The notes beneath the pieces are model-generated. The model saw only the letters and a list, made by a program, of their open reading frames with translations. It was not told the origin of the DNA and made no database searches. Shown here piece after piece: positions 37,615 to 51,396 of a stretch of DNA of 64,000 nt (within the stretch, counting starts at the first letter, position 1; every line of letters starts with the position of its first letter). Source of the DNA: Camelus dromedarius (taxonomy: Eukaryota); contig NC_087436.1 in NCBI RefSeq assembly GCF_036321535.1, positions 47,246,001 through 47,310,000 of the forward strand, read 5' to 3'. The position numbers and the translations under genes were made by a program.

Positions 37615-37868
37615 AAATAACTTTGGAAATGCAGCTGATCATGTCTTAGAATTTAATTAACAAATTCCTACCACAAACATTTTTAGAACAAATAAACGAA
37701 GTAAGTGAACTCCATCAAAGTTTATGTGAATCATTTGAGGCATTATTTATGGCTTCTTCTGTTTTTGAAAATAAGTTATGTTTGTTCAGTAAGCTTTTAT
37801 GAACAATGGGTAATATAGTTTTCTATCAGATAATATATTCCTGATGAAAGATTGAGAATCTAAATTAA

Positions 37869-38017
37869 TGGGAGGCACAAACTATTGGGCAGAAAATAAG
37901 GTACAAGGATATATTGTACAACAGAGAGAATGTAGCCAATATTTTACAATGACTATAAATAGAGTAAACCTTTAAAAACTATGAATCACTATATTGTACA
38001 CTTATAACATATAATAT
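37869..38017 (+). mobile_element. LINE-1 3' end fragment
   Basis: ACAAACTATTGGG…CAAGGATATATTGTACAACA…TAGCCAATATTTTA…GAATCACTATATTGTACAC. Confidence 0.75.
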
Positions 38018-38914
38018 CACCTGGGCACTGCTGTGACCCTAGCCCAATGCACAGCAACATCTCAACCCAGTTTGCTAACTTCCGCTTTCCTTCAAAAACT
38101 AAATTCAAAGGAAGTGAGAACTCCTAAAGGATCAGATTGGGATTTAATGCCATGGCTTTCTCCCCTTACTTATGCTCCATCCATTTCTTTAGTCTCTTAC
38201 ATGGGTTTGTAGTTTGTAGCCTACCCAAGGCTATCTCCTCTGCTGGGGTAGGAGGTGCAAGGACCATCCATGTCTGATTTGTGTCAGTGTCGCTGGCCAC
38301 GAGCCAAATGCCCAGCATTCAGAAGCACTAGAGTGTCTGTGAATAAATGTGTCAGCTCACACACTCAAAGACACCTGCTCAATCTCACCCTTCTCCAAAG
38401 TACTGCAGGCATCTTTCTTTTTCTAAAGGAGTCAATAACGTGCCTACATAATTATAATTTCCATACGGGATACAGAAACCCCAAAATTTCACCCAACTTA
38501 CAGTGGTTTACTTTGTGTGATTGCATTTTTAATCGTAATATATCACATATAAAAGGCAGGATATAACATAAGGTATAAAAAATAGTAAAGCAAAACCCTT
38601 TATAGCTTCAGAATGTTACAGATAACTTGGAAGCCCCCAAGCAATCTCCATGGTTATACCCTGCTCTCCCTGCATAATCCTGATGTAGTTTTTCAAAATA
38701 TATATATAATTTTTAAAGTATGTATTGCTGAAAACCCTTGGAAAGGTTTCTTTAAGTGATACTGTAACTATAATTTCAATAGTTCCAGTTCTCAAAATGG
38801 TAAAAGAATTGATAAATCCCTGAAAAGTTCTCACCTATCTTTGGGCTTTTCTTCATTTCTAAACAATTTTGCCCCCATCTCTTGCTTAGGTAGTTGCCTG
38901 GACGGTGAAGAACA

Positions 38915-39115
38915 TAATTACACTTCCCAGAGCTTATGGTACCAGACACTCGTGCCTCCCCAATATTAACAGGTTAATATGCGCAACTACGTTAAGGGGT
39001 AGGTACAATTATCACCTCCATGTGAGGCCTGAGGAAGTGAGACACTTCCATTGCTAGAAATCCAGCAAGTGGTCAGAGGTAGGATTTGAACCCAAGTAAT
39101 CTCAGCCACTCTGCT
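38915..39115 (-). mobile_element. MIR SINE
   Basis: GTAGGTACAATTATCACCTCCAT…TGAGGAAGTGAGACAC…GGATTTGAACCCAAG. Confidence 0.6.
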
Positions 39116-40430
39116 AATGTTGTGATTTTCTGAGATCTTGGTCTATTTTTACAATTTGGAGTGTGCTAGGGTTTTTTGTTTTTGTTTTTGTTTTTGTTTT
39201 TCATAAGAGCAGATTTCCTTCCCCATGAGTCCTTCTGGAGAGATGTTTCACCCTTCCCTCCTCCACGCTTCCTTCTCACAGTTACCATGCAGATAACAGT
39301 CTGTGTTTGCCCTGTGAGGTGACTTTCTTCCAAATATTAGCTGGCCCCACCTTCTAACACACAGCTACTAGCTCTGGGTCATCTGATGCCTTCAGTGCCT
39401 GTGTGAATGTTTGCCCAGCTCCCCAGTGACTTATAAGAGGGACATTTCCTGGAAATCTTGCAGATGGTCATTTCACTGTGGTGAGATATTGGAGAATCTA
39501 ATCACTCCTGTCGCCTAGTAACCCGTTTGGGTTTGGCAGGAGGAAGGTGACTCAGGCACTAGTACAGTCAGAAGCAGGACAGACATTTATCAGTGCGAAC
39601 TCCTCTGGGCACTAACTAGACTGTTGATTTCACCCTTAACCTCAATACTGCTCTTCCCCAGGTCCCTGGGAGTAGAGGCTCCTCCAATTCTTTTCAAGTT
39701 GGGGAGTTCAAAAGGCACTATGCTATGCGCAGAATCAACAGATCCTTTGTAGCTGAAATACAGGCTACGCTATTTTTTCTTCTGAGTTCTGAGAAAAGCA
39801 ATTACTGGGTTCTTACATATAAAAGTGAATGGGAATTATATGCTGTCATGGAAGTTACTTGCCATCCCCATAAGAATTAGTTCTCTCATGAAGTCATAGT
39901 TAAAATAATATATTCCTAAACAGCCTGGGTCAGTAATTCTGGCCTCACAGTCAAAAAAGAATTTTTCTCCCAGGCTACCAGAGGGTTGACTCATTTAGTG
40001 AGCTACATTCCAGGCCAGAACAACTATTACACTTTTACACGTTTTATACTTTTACACATTTTTACCTGAAAGAAATTGATACCACAATACAAGTAGCTTC
40101 AGAATTTAAGGAGTTCAGCCTCAAATACCACCATGAATATAAAGAAATGTCACTATCAGCCTAAGGTCCACCTCACTGAGCTTTGTTTTTAAACATAAGT
40201 TAGCTCACATGCCTAGGTCACTCTAGAAGCCAAAAATCGACAATAAAAATAAAATTCACGTACATTCTTCACCAGTTACTACCAGTTCCCTAATATTTTA
40301 TGGATCCACCACTTTTTCTGATCAGCAAGAAGCATTAAGAACCATCTCTGTCCTACACTTAATATTTTTAAGCCATATGAACACTTCTCTTCAGAAGCCA
40401 CCTAACATCTTTTCGAAAAAGCGGCTTAAG

Positions 40431-40584
40431 GAGGGGGAGGGTATAGCTCAGTGGTAGAGCACATGCTTAGCATGCATGAGGTTCTGGAGTCAATCCCCAG
40501 TACCTACATTTAAAAAATAATAAATAAACAAACAAACAAACCTAATTACCTACCCCCACCAAAAAAACCCATCAAAACCAAAAC
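40431..40584 (+). mobile_element. tRNA-Ala-derived SINE (Vic-1-like), long form
   Basis: GGGGGAGGGTATAGCTCAGTGGTAGAGCACATGCTTAGCATGCATGAGG…CCTAATTACC…. TSD AAAAAGC(G/A)GCTTAA at 40416-40429 / 40585-40598. Confidence 0.9.
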
Positions 40585-41119
40585 AAAAAGCAGCTTAAAG
40601 AAATAAATCTTTAACACTTTTATCAGTTTTCCATTTTAATATTTAAAAATTTAAAATGGGATGCTAATATAACACAACTATACAAAAATAAGCTTTATTT
40701 CAATCTTTGGGCCTTATATCCTATTTGGACAAAGATCTGCCATCTTAAGTGAAGTTTCCAGGACTACTGATTTGCAGTTAAGCTTCAGAATCAGAGCATA
40801 CTTAGAAATCAGACTGTCTAACTAAAATTCTGTGGCTATGAATCCAAGGGGATTTGTGTAAATCCATTTACCTAATAATCAAATTATAGAAAATTAAAGC
40901 AAGAAGCTTTTAAGCCTAAGTACAGACATGGGGAAGACCGAAGTTGTGGATTCACCACTAAACATAAAACTCTCCAGTACCCAGCAGCCTTCTTGTTGCC
41001 TCCATTTGTTAGATGTACATGCTAAATCACTGTTAGAAATCCGAAGCATTAAACAGGTTACAACAGAACACAGACTGTAAGTCAAGATAAAATGCCAAAG
41101 GTCAGTCAACTGCATGCTA

Positions 41120-41705
41120 AGTGTCTGTGTCACTCACCACTAACCCTGCAGACAGAAAGGATATTAAAGTCTTTGCAAAGCTGACTAGGTGGGGTCCCCA
41201 AGACCACTCCCAGTGTGATGGTTCATTAGGACTCACAGGACCCAGTGTATTGTTGTACACACAGCTGTTTGTTACAGCAGAAGGATACAAGGCAAAATCA
41301 GCAAAGGAAAAAGGCACACAGGGTAAAGTCCAGAGGAGACCAGGGGCAAACTTCCAAGGGTCCCTTCCCGGTGGAATCACATGGTTGTGCTTAATTTCCC
41401 CAACCAGTTGTGACAGTACCTGTGAAATATCGTCTACCAGGGAAGCCTATTAGTGACTCAGTGTCTGGGATTTTTATTGGAGTTGGTCACACAGGAACCT
41501 TCTGCTGGCCACGTACCCAAATGCTATACTCCCAGAATGTAAGCAGGTATTCAAAAGAAACCTTTTGAATTGTTTGCACAACAGTTCAGGCACAGCGAGC
41601 CACTCTTACCAGGAAATAGTGGGAACTCTCCTCAAATCTAAGTTACCAGGCAGGCATTTCTAAGGAAAGCAGTTCCAGGTCTGCTGTGTTAACTTGTTTT
41701 TGTAT
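41120..41705 (-). mobile_element. Solo LTR, MER21-like (ERVL class)
   Basis: GGGGTCCCCAAGACCAC…AAGGATACA…AAATCAGCAAAGGAAAAAGGCACACAGGG…GGATTTTTATTGG (AATAAA on the minus strand). Family assigned from recalled consensus. Confidence 0.7.
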
Positions 41706-42089
41706 GCTGTCCTATTTCAACAAGCTATCATACAGGACCAAATTACAGGAGAAAGGTCTTACTCTTAGCAGGTCACCTAGGTACATCGCGAGCCTAAGAA
41801 GCACAGGGTAAACCCTCTATGTTTTCAGTATTTAAAATGTAGCATTTTTAATGTGGACAAATGTTGTCTTAACTTACATAAGAGAAGATCTAAGGCCTTT
41901 AGTGTCCTTTTGTACAATAAAAAGAGCTGAATTCCGGTTTTGTTTACTTTTCTGAACACTTTCTTTTAAAAAAATACTACTGAGAATTCTGAATGAATAG
42001 GATTCCTAAATTGAAACTCCGAGACATCATTTAATTTACCAGACTGGGAAAAAGTCCATATCCAGATAACAACTTCTCTCACAAGTTTC

Positions 42090-42400
42090 CAGCAGGGGTG
42101 AGAATAAGATAAACCCCCTCCGGGAGACAATTTGACAAGACAGCTATCAAAACTATACATATACTATATGCCCTGCAATTCTACTTTGCAAATTTATACA
42201 CATATAATTGTGCACATGTACAAAGTTATTTACTGTGGCATTGTTTAAGAGCAAGGATTGGCTACAACCCAAATGTCCATCAATAGGTCACTATTTAAAT
42301 TGTGGTACATCCATACAATGGACTACTCTGTGACTGTTGAGGGGGTGAAAAAAAAGAAGAATGAGGACACTCTCTTAGTACTGATTTATTAAACCCTCCT
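42090..42400 (+). mobile_element. Old LINE-1 (L1MD/ME-like) fragment
   Basis: CAACCCAAATGTCCATCAATAGG…TTGTGGTACATCCATACAATGGACTACT. Confidence 0.7.
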
Positions 42401-42877
42401 CCATTTATTAGAAGAAAAATATACAATGCTCAAAAGTATAGTTTGGTATCCTTTATTTTATGAAAGGAGCAAATATGAATTCAGATTTGTGTACAGAGGA
42501 ACTCTGGAAAGCTGCATTAGACACTGACAACTGAGGCTAGGAGGGGATGATGGAGGCTGAATTTGGGCAGAAGCTGTGAACTTGAATAAAATGAATTTAA
42601 ATGGTATACTTGAAAAGCAATCCTTCTTTCAGCCTAGATCAGATCACCCCGGCACCTGTTTTTGTTTATTGTTTTAATAAGCTTCCACATTTTTCCAGTG
42701 ATTAAACTAGAGCATTAAGATTGCTCTCATTTTCCGAATCAGATTCCAACTCTCCCATTTTCATCTTGTGTCTGTCTTCCATCTTGAAGGGGGTTTTCCT
42801 GGACACCTGAGAGTGAGTCAACTTCTCTGCACCTCCCTTCTCCCATTCGTTTGCTGAGGATATTTGGAAGCTTTTTA

Positions 42878-42993
42878 AAAGCTCCATGAAAGCAGGGAGT
42901 TTGCTTTGTTCACTGCCTCATTTCATTCAGGCACACTGAAAAGACTGCCTGGCACACAGAAATCGTTCAGTAAGTATTTGTTGAATAAATGAA
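42878..42993 (+). mobile_element. LINE-2 3' terminus
   Basis: AAGCTCCATGAAAGCAGGGA…TGTTCACTG…TGCCTGGCACACAG…TATTTGTTGAATAAATGAAT. Confidence 0.75.
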
Positions 42994-44249
42994 TTCTTTT
43001 TTTCACCCAGCAGGACAGATACTACCAGACAAAGAGGGGATATCATAGGCATCAAATACTCAGAAATAGCTGTCATTCCTAGTATTAGCCCAATATAGGC
43101 ATTCTAATCCCAGCAACATTCTTACAATTATTTTGAGTTTTATGGAAGACAAACAAATAAGCTTACAGAATGCTGTGCTAAACAATGATTCTTCAATATT
43201 TATAAAATTTTATTTTTAATTAACTTGGGATTACATGGCCCTGGGGTCCATCTTTGGGCTAAAGTCTCTTTAGACAAACACCACACTAATTAGAAATGAT
43301 GAAAAAGAACGGCTAACTTAAGAGCCCTAGTCATAAGGTGTGCAATCTTTTGTGTTAAAAAAGCAACTGCTAGTTTTATTTTCAAGAAAAAATTATCCTG
43401 GAATTAAATTCGAATTAGCCTAGATGATGAATTGAGTTGCACAATATCAATCATAAAAGCAAAAACATCCTCCTCCATGGGCAGAAAATGGGTATAACTG
43501 CCACACATCTTTTACCTTGGTTTTAGTAACTAGAGAAACACACCAACTTTTCTAGCAATCATTTTAGTAATGTTGTTGAACAGGTGCACAGCTGACTGAT
43601 GTTTCTTTGAAGATTTTTAGTGCCAGTAACTTTTCTTAATGCACATTGCTGAGTGCTGTCTCGGCAGTAATGCAAAGAGGTTAGGATGTTTTGGAGTCAC
43701 CTATAGTTCTCTTGCTGTCATTTAAGACAAAAGTCCCATGAGTGAGGAAATAGTCACTCACCCATTCACCTGAAACCGCTTGAAATCTAAGACTCTCCTT
43801 AGAATAAAATAGACATTCTCAGAGTTAAGGCACTTTTGAAATGTCTTAACTAGAAAAGGGAAGGGAGCAGAGAAATTGCAGGACAACTGAGAGGCAACCA
43901 ACCTTCAGGAGATGCAAATTATACTTATGATCTAGCACCAGGAAGCACCAAACCTGCTGTCTGCAGATGGTAGCACAGCAAATCCCACCTTGGTCCCTGT
44001 GGTCTTGGAGCAGATCCTTTCTGCGCAGAGTGGCAGCGGCAGAGGACAAGGCTCTAAAAGGCAGAGAAAGTAAGAGGTTAATAAGAATGATGCTCTGTTG
44101 GTATGGTTTGCTGGTTTTCTGGGGGTGAGGGTGAAAAGATGAGCTCTGTGATATTGCCCCTCTGGAAGAGTCACCAGGAAAACACTGGATCTAACAGGTA
44201 TCAGCATTTCAGGAGGAGAGAAGCAACCCAGCCACGCACGTGTCACTTG

Positions 44250-44625
44250 TTTACTTAACACTCAACAGACCTGTTCAAGGTGGAGCAATGGAGCAGGCAG
44301 ATTCCCTTCCCTCATGATGCTCACATTCTAACAAGTAGACAAACAAGGGCAATCAAAGTCAGAGGGAGGCTGGCAAGGCTGATTCAGAGCAAATAGTTAG
44401 GGATGCTATTTAACTTAAGACTTAATAATAATGGTGGGGCAGGGAGTGATAGGCTATTGAAGAAGAGCACTCCAGGCCAAAGAAGCAGCTGGTTCACAGG
44501 CCCTGAGGCAGGAATGAACCAGGCAGGTTTAGAGAACTAAAAGGCAATAGAGCATCGTGACCCAGGAGCAGAGAAGTGCAGCAGAGGCCAGAGGGCAGAG
44601 GCCAGGTCACCCAGGGCTCTGCAGA
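44250..44625 (-). mobile_element. LINE-2 fragment
   Basis: CCCTCATGATGCTCACATTCTA…TCCAGGCCAAAGAAGCAGC…AGGCCCTGAGGCAGGAATGA. Confidence 0.6.
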
Positions 44626-44783
44626 GCAGGCAGAAGGACTGCCTACACACAGGCACACTCGGTGTCATGGAAACCCAGGCTGCTGTGCAGTGCACAATTC
44701 GTCGCCTTCCAACAAAATGGTGGAAGAGTCCCTTTGAAATACATATGTTACATGCTGTAATATTTTAATGGACTTTTAACAGA

Positions 44784-45020
44784 TTTTTTTAAGAGCAGTT
44801 TTACATTTACAGTGAAATTAAGGGAAAAGTACAGAGATTTCCCATATTTCCCTTGCCCCTTCACATGCACACCTCCTTCATTATCAACATCCCCCACAGA
44901 GCAGTACATTCATTACAACCGACAAACCTCCACGGACACACCATAATCACCCAGAGTCCACAGTTCACAGCAAGGTTCACTCTTGGTGGTGCGTACATGC
45001 TATGAGTTTGGACACAATAA
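44784..45020 (-). mobile_element. L1MC-like 3' end
   Basis: TTTTTTAAGAGCAGTTTTACATTTACAG…AAGTACAGAGATTTCCCATAT…, the inverse of the 3' end at 55270-55470. Confidence 0.8.
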
Positions 45021-45119
45021 CAATTACAGGATATATGCCCATCTGCAACCAGAAATCGATTTCCAATTGAGATCCTATTTTCACCAAAAATACTCAACTG
45101 TTGAAGAGACAAGAATGAA

Positions 45120-45666
45120 TGTCACTCCTGAGTACACACCCAAGAAAAATGAAACCACTGGTCCACACAAAAACTTGTACACAAATGTTCATTCAGTATT
45201 ACTCATAATTGCCAAAAAGTGGGAACAATCCAAATGTCCATCAACGGATGAATGGATGAGCAACATGTGGTGTGTCCATATAATAAAATATAATCTGGTA
45301 ATAAAAAAGAAGTAGTGATAGACGCTTTAACATGGATGAACCTTGACAACATTATACTGAATGAAAGAAGCCAACAAGAGACCACATATTTCACGATTCC
45401 ATTTATATGAAATGCGCAGAAGAGGCAAATCCATACAGACAGAAAGTAGATGAGTGGCTGCCAGGGGCTGGAGGATGAGGAGAATGGGGGGTATCAGTGG
45501 ATATGGGGTTTCTTTTGGGGGATGATGTAAATGTTCTAAAATTAGATAGAGCTGATGGTTGCACAACTCTGTGAAGATACTTATAATCACTGAACTCTAC
45601 TCTTTTAAAAGGATGAATTTTACAGTATGTGAATTACATCTCAATAAAGTTGCTATAAAAATTAAA
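45120..45666 (+). mobile_element. L1MB-like 3' end
   Basis: CCACACAAAAACTTGTACACAAATGTTCA…CAAATGTCCATCAAC…GAATTACATCTCAATAAAG. Confidence 0.88.
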
Positions 45667-46794
45667 GGACAAAAGTGTATCTAAAATGCCATGTAGAGAT
45701 GAAATAAACTTCAATTGGTCAAAAATGCTGCATTCCAGTAAGGCTTATGATATTAGTTAAGCAACTTAGTTTACACTTCAGATAAACTACAAGAATATTC
45801 TCAGGGGGATACGTTTATTCCTTTGAAGAGACCACCCCACCCACAGAGGATGTCTTTCTCCGTCCATTTGGGACCTCACTCCAGCTATCACCTCTCTCTT
45901 GACTTTACCTACCACCTCTACTAACCTGACCCTAACTTCAGTCCACCATGTTTCCCCTGCATTACATTAATCTCTTCCTGTCCCTCATTTTCCACACTGG
46001 TCTTTCTAAAAATTTACTCTCTTACTTTAAATCCTTCAGGTTTCCCATATTTAAGACATTTCTAGAACACTACGGTAGTATTAGAAGAAATTAATGGATA
46101 TTCATATTCAATCAGATAGTCAAAGGGGTCACATGGCTCTTAATACTAAAGGTGCCTACAACATGGCCTCCAAGTATCCCCAAACCATGCCTGTCACAGT
46201 CCTCAGTGACAGTGGCTGCAATGTAAACACCCAACAATAATCTCACAGGCTAATCTTTATTTAATCACCTATTTGTAAGGTCAAGAGTTAAGTTAGCCTA
46301 GATGAATATCTGACAAAGTAAGAACCAGGCTAACAGAGAGATTTCTCAAGGAGACAGATCCCAAAGGTCCAAAGCTTTTCACATACCTACAGACATCAAT
46401 ACATAGAAATAAGCCCAGAGTGTCAAGCTATGAGATGCTGAAACTTAAAGTAGCTCACAAAACAGAACAACATTCTATTTCTTAGGTAGCAAGAGCAAGT
46501 CAAATTAAAGAGCAGACAGCGGCTCCATAACTTAAGTCTGTGGGCAATTATAATTGTTTATAGCATGGTATTAATGATACTGATAATACTGTCAGCTTAC
46601 AGATTTTTTTCAGTTACACAGCTAAACATGGTGCCTTTCATCTAGTCAAATTTAAAAAGGGTGCTCTTGTCAAAAAGGAGATGGGTAAAGGGGGTGGATG
46701 ATAGAACTAAATTCATGCTTACTATGCCAAACACTCTTTCCACATGCATCCTAAAGTAGTTAAGAAAAGACTCATTTAAAAGAGTGTCATGGTA

Positions 46795-46904
46795 GGGGGT
46801 GGGGGTGGATATAGTGCAGTGGCAGAGAGCATGCTTAGCACGCACAAAGTCCTGGGTTCAAGCCTGGGGTCCAAGCCCCTGGACCTTCACTGAAAAAAAA
46901 AAAA
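46795..46904 (+). mobile_element. tRNA-Ala-derived SINE (Vic-1-like)
   Basis: Same head sequence and an A tail. TSD AGTGTCATGG on both sides. Confidence 0.85.
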
Positions 46905-48964
46905 GTGTCATGGAAGTTCATTTATTTTCATTTGAAATATATATACCATGCATCACTTCAGAAAGGAATAAAGTAAATGATACAACTTACAAAGTAAAAT
47001 ACTCTGGTAAGAGGAGTAAAGTAGGATCAGAGAGCCAGGTGAATATAGATTGGGGGTTCTTGATCACAGACGTAGTGGAAGGAGGTCATTGGGGGGAAAA
47101 AGTTTTTCTGAACATTTAGCTGTATCATGCTCACTGCAGGTCTGTACACAAGAGGAGATGAGCAATAGCACAGACCAGGGAGATCATCGTATGATGTCAT
47201 ATGATAGTTTTCCATCGTGACCCTCAATAAATTCCAAGGCGTAACTCTCTAGAGCTTCTTTGGTAGGAAGCCAAGGCAACGTAACACAAATAAGCAGCTC
47301 TGACGGTCTGACTCATTTCAGGGACACAACTGCACCAGAAATCCATCCTTTACTTCCATTTCCCTCAGCCATGCATCTGGTAAGAGCTGAAGAGAAGACA
47401 GTTCCAGATTTGTGGAACAAAATTCTCTACCATCAGGAGATGGCCCAAAAAAAGCACATAAAAACACTACATAACCTGATGATACACTGAAAGTGATTTT
47501 CCACAGAAGCATCTGTTTTTAAGTCTAATGGACTTGAGAGTCATTGTTTGGCAAAAGAACAGCCATAATCATCTCAGGGGATTAAACGACTCAAAAGAAT
47601 ATTCCTATTTCTCACAGTCATCTCAGGCTCTATCTAACAGTTAAACGTGGAGCGTTTCCAAATTACAAAAGCCATTGTGGTTAAGGCATATTTTATTGTA
47701 AGTTGGAAAATAGATTGATTTTTTATTTTAAAGACTAGTTATTAGAGAGCAAACCTTAGCTAGCAAAGGACCTTTGTTCCTTCGGATAGTCCCACACTGT
47801 ACATGGAAGACATAACACAGCTGAACCTCCACAGCTATTCCATGAGTCCTGTGAATGAGCTGACGTTTCAGCGATTTGTCAGCTTTTTTCCATTCCATCA
47901 GATTGAAATAGTGCTCATCTTAAGGTTGTTAATCAACTGTAGCAATGTATTTTCACTTTAATTAGCCACCCAGGGAAAGCAGAAATAGATTAATTTACTT
48001 GCAGTTCACAGGCCCTAAATGTAACATTCAGCAAGGGATGGCAGGTACAATTAATTCCCATGCACTCCTGGACAAATCCCTCTTCCTTAAAGAAGACTCT
48101 TCTTGACTCCTTCAGACTAGGGACCACGTCTGTCAGGTTTTCTGCTGTCTTATGGCACACAGTTGATGTTATTTGTTCAATGACTAAGCCCCTCTTTATA
48201 AGACAGCCAGCTGTGTTCTTAAAGAGGCCCCGGTAAGCCCCTTGCAAGTAAGACACTGAAGTCACTGAAGTGATCTTATAAAGAGGGGAGAGGGGAGGAA
48301 AGCAGTTTAATACCATAACAACCACAGGTTTGATGCCATGAAGATTTTCTGAAGCAGAGTCCTTGGATGCACAAGTGGCAGGTGTGAACGAGAGAGGGAG
48401 GGAGAAAATGGGGGAGGAATGACCCAGTAATTTAGATGGGCACTTAAAGAGTAACACTGTATTATGAGACCTCAAATAGTGTTTTCTAATTATAGATTCT
48501 TAAATTTGAAATATCTTGAAAGGTCACTCTGTACTTCCCTCCGCATAATACAGACAGCATTCAAACATCCCAGGAATAAGAGTCCTCTTTTTTTAAGCCC
48601 AGAGAGAAAGGCTGAACTAACAGATTAAAAAGCCCTGTGTCTCCCACCCTCTACAGGTTTTCTGTTAGGTCTTCCATGAAGAAACAATTGCTAATCTAGT
48701 TCTTTCCTTCATGACACAAAGTTGTAATTGTTACATCCAAACTCCCTAGAGTCCAAGTCATAAGAAATGACAAGAAGGTCACATTGTATTGTTAACAGTG
48801 AAACTTCATTGATTTCAAATATTTCTTAAAATTATTTAATTTTAAGAAATGCTTTCAGACCTTTTGCAACCAAAGAAAATAACTCCTTTATGCTTTAACA
48901 TTGAAAGTGAAAAAGTGTTTTAACCTTATTGGTGAACAAAGAACTCAAACCAAAAAAGAGATAC

Positions 48965-49085
48965 GGGGGAAGGGTATAGCTCAAGTGGTAGAGCGCATGC
49001 TCAGCACGCAAGAGGGTTCAATTTCCCGGACCTCCTCCAGGCGGAAATCGAAGAAACCCAATTACCTCCCTGTCAGAATACAAAA
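48965..49085 (+). mobile_element. tRNA-Ala-derived SINE (Vic-1-like), long form
   Basis: GGGGGAAGGGTATAGCTCAAGTGGTAGAGCGCATGC…CAATTACCTCCC. TSD ending GAGATAC on both sides. Confidence 0.85.
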
Positions 49086-51314
49086 AAGTGAGATACATAT
49101 AAATTGGCTTAAAAAACAAAAATATCAAGGTGCTCTCCATGACAACAATGAAACACATTTCTTATATTTTAAAAATACCCTAAGAATGTGAACAAGATTG
49201 AGGTCTGAGCCTCTGACATGTTTAATAAAAACTGGAAATAACTAAGTGTCCAAAAATAGGGGATTGCTTAAAGAAATTGTGGTGAATGGATGCAACAGAA
49301 TACTGAAATGCTTCTTTACCATGTTGAGCGGGAAGTAACAAAAGAGGTTCATGATATACTTGAGTACAAAACAGTGATATGTATATGACCCTATTTATCT
49401 TGTTTTTTAAAAGTTGCCTGCATAAACATAAATGCTGGTAAGATAATGCAGAATGTTAACAGGTGATAGATTTATAGATGACTTAAGTTTTCCCTTTGCT
49501 TATCAAGGTTTAAAATTTTCTAAAATAAACATAAGTTGTTGTTGCAATTTAAAAGGAGAAAAGATGAGTTTCAGCTCCCAACATAAATTTCCAAATATCA
49601 GCTATCATATTGACATTCTCTTTAAAAATTTTATTATGATAAGCACATAGTCTGTTTCATATCATGTACTAAGGATAAAAATAGTAAACCTCATTTTTCA
49701 TTTTGGTCACTATGTTTGAGGTAGGCAAATAAAAATACTCTGTCCTGGAAACTTAAAAGGTTTTTTTCTTTTTAGCAAGATGCCAGTTGTGGTGATGTAC
49801 CACCAGGTAGCAAAGAGCTCAGCCTCTGTAGTTAAATATAGCATAATTATATAGTTCATAAAACTAAAGTAAAATGTGCATATTTACTGTGATTATTACT
49901 CTTGCTCAAATAAAATCCTGTCTTTGAAAATAAAAATGAAACCAGAAGTAAAAATGAAACCAGACATGGATAAATATGAATTTAGGCAGAAACAAATTGG
50001 GGTGGGGGTATTATTAGAAAGAGGCTGCCAGACGGAGTTCACCTCTGGTCAGGGAGAAAGGACATTTGTTGGGAGGCAGAGTAACTCCTCAGGATACATA
50101 CATGAAAGTACTATAACAAAAATTGCAAGGATCCTGGAGTATGTATCTGAGCAGGTGAACAGAATGAGCAGACGAGCTACACCTGAGTAACTCAGTGATG
50201 GCCAAGCTTGTGCAAACCTTCCAGCTCCTGCTCGGGAAGTCTCCTTTGGATTCCCAGCCTGGTCAAGTCTCTTGGTTCTGTAATCCATATCCCCTAGTTC
50301 TTATTTTTCTCTTTCCTAATCTTTTGTTGTCCATGCTCTTAATATTTTTAAGAGGTTATTTACTCCAGTCTCCTCAGTAGTTATCAGCAGTTTGCTTCTC
50401 TTCCTTTAGAAAATAAATAATTTGGGGGAAAAAAAAACTTTAAATCATACATATTCAGTGGGCTTGGTGATGTTATGGATTATTTTATGAGATGCTAACT
50501 CTGGAAAACCACTTCCACTAAAGTTAATGAAAATGAAGTACAATAAGAAAAAAAGAAAAGAAAATGAGTAATCTGTACTTTAACTCTTTTATAAGGAATT
50601 TACCTGATCTACCTGTGTGTCATCACCCATCTCAGACATCCTCACCCAACAGGTTTCCAACACTCCTTCTAAGCAATCTCAAAGCAAATTACATATTGGC
50701 AGATTTACATAATCCTCTTTGATAACACAACTATTTCAAGGTCTTCTTTCAAGTCTTGAAGGATGATGTTCAGAGAACACTATGTGAATCAAGAAAGTAA
50801 ACTCTCAGGACCACAAAGAGTTAGTTGGTGTCCAAATAAAATAGCAATGAAAGCACCAAGAATAACTGGAAAGGGGGAAGAAGAAAGAAGGAAGTGAAAT
50901 GAGGGGCATGCTAGTAAAAAGCTTTTTGCAACTGAACCCCAAGCAAAATAAAGGAAAATGAAGCAAAGCACCCAGAGCTCAGGGAGGACAAACACATTTT
51001 TGAGGGTAGGGGCCAGAGGCGAGAATCAAGATGTAAACCAGAGGTCCCGCTGGTAGAACCCAGGCTCTAATGAGCTGTCACAACATGGATGGTGATGCTA
51101 ACCAAGTAAATAAATCAGCCAATGTGCTTTTGCCCTGAGCTTCTGAGTCACGTGTGGTCAGAGGCCACACCTCAGAGTACACAGAGGAAAAGTTTAAGGA
51201 GTAAACACTGTGGATGTCATTGTTAAAGACAGTCCCACCCTCTCTCTTGCTTTCAGAATACAATCCATGGGCTTCGGATAATGTAGACACCACCTTGATT
51301 TCAGAATCTGACAC

Positions 51315-51396
51315 CTTCAAGAGAAGGATGAGGTTTAGGACATGGAAAAAGAAGCTTCGAGGTCCTTCCCAACCTCCCTGAAGTGTTTAAAGCTTG
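51315..51396 (-). other. Candidate 82-nt non-coding 5'UTR exon of SGMS2
   Basis: Long polypyrimidine acceptor ATTATTCTTTACTTTTCTCTCTAG| and donor GAAG|GTGTCA, in unique sequence. Confidence 0.55.

Noticed and set aside
44784..45666. Back-to-back inverted L1 pieces suggesting a twin-primed insertion
   Set aside because: Both pieces are 3' termini of apparently different old subfamilies, so independent insertions are more likely.
49930..49965. Short local tandem duplications (TAAAAATGAAACCAGA x2; similar near 28635, 56158 and 58656)
   Set aside because: Ordinary two-copy slippage duplications; no repeat-spacer array or CRISPR-like structure anywhere in the window.
50604..50668. Possible 65-nt minus-strand exon (TGCTTAG| ... 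CAG|GTAAAT)
   Set aside because: Weak polypyrimidine tract with an intervening AG and no independent support.
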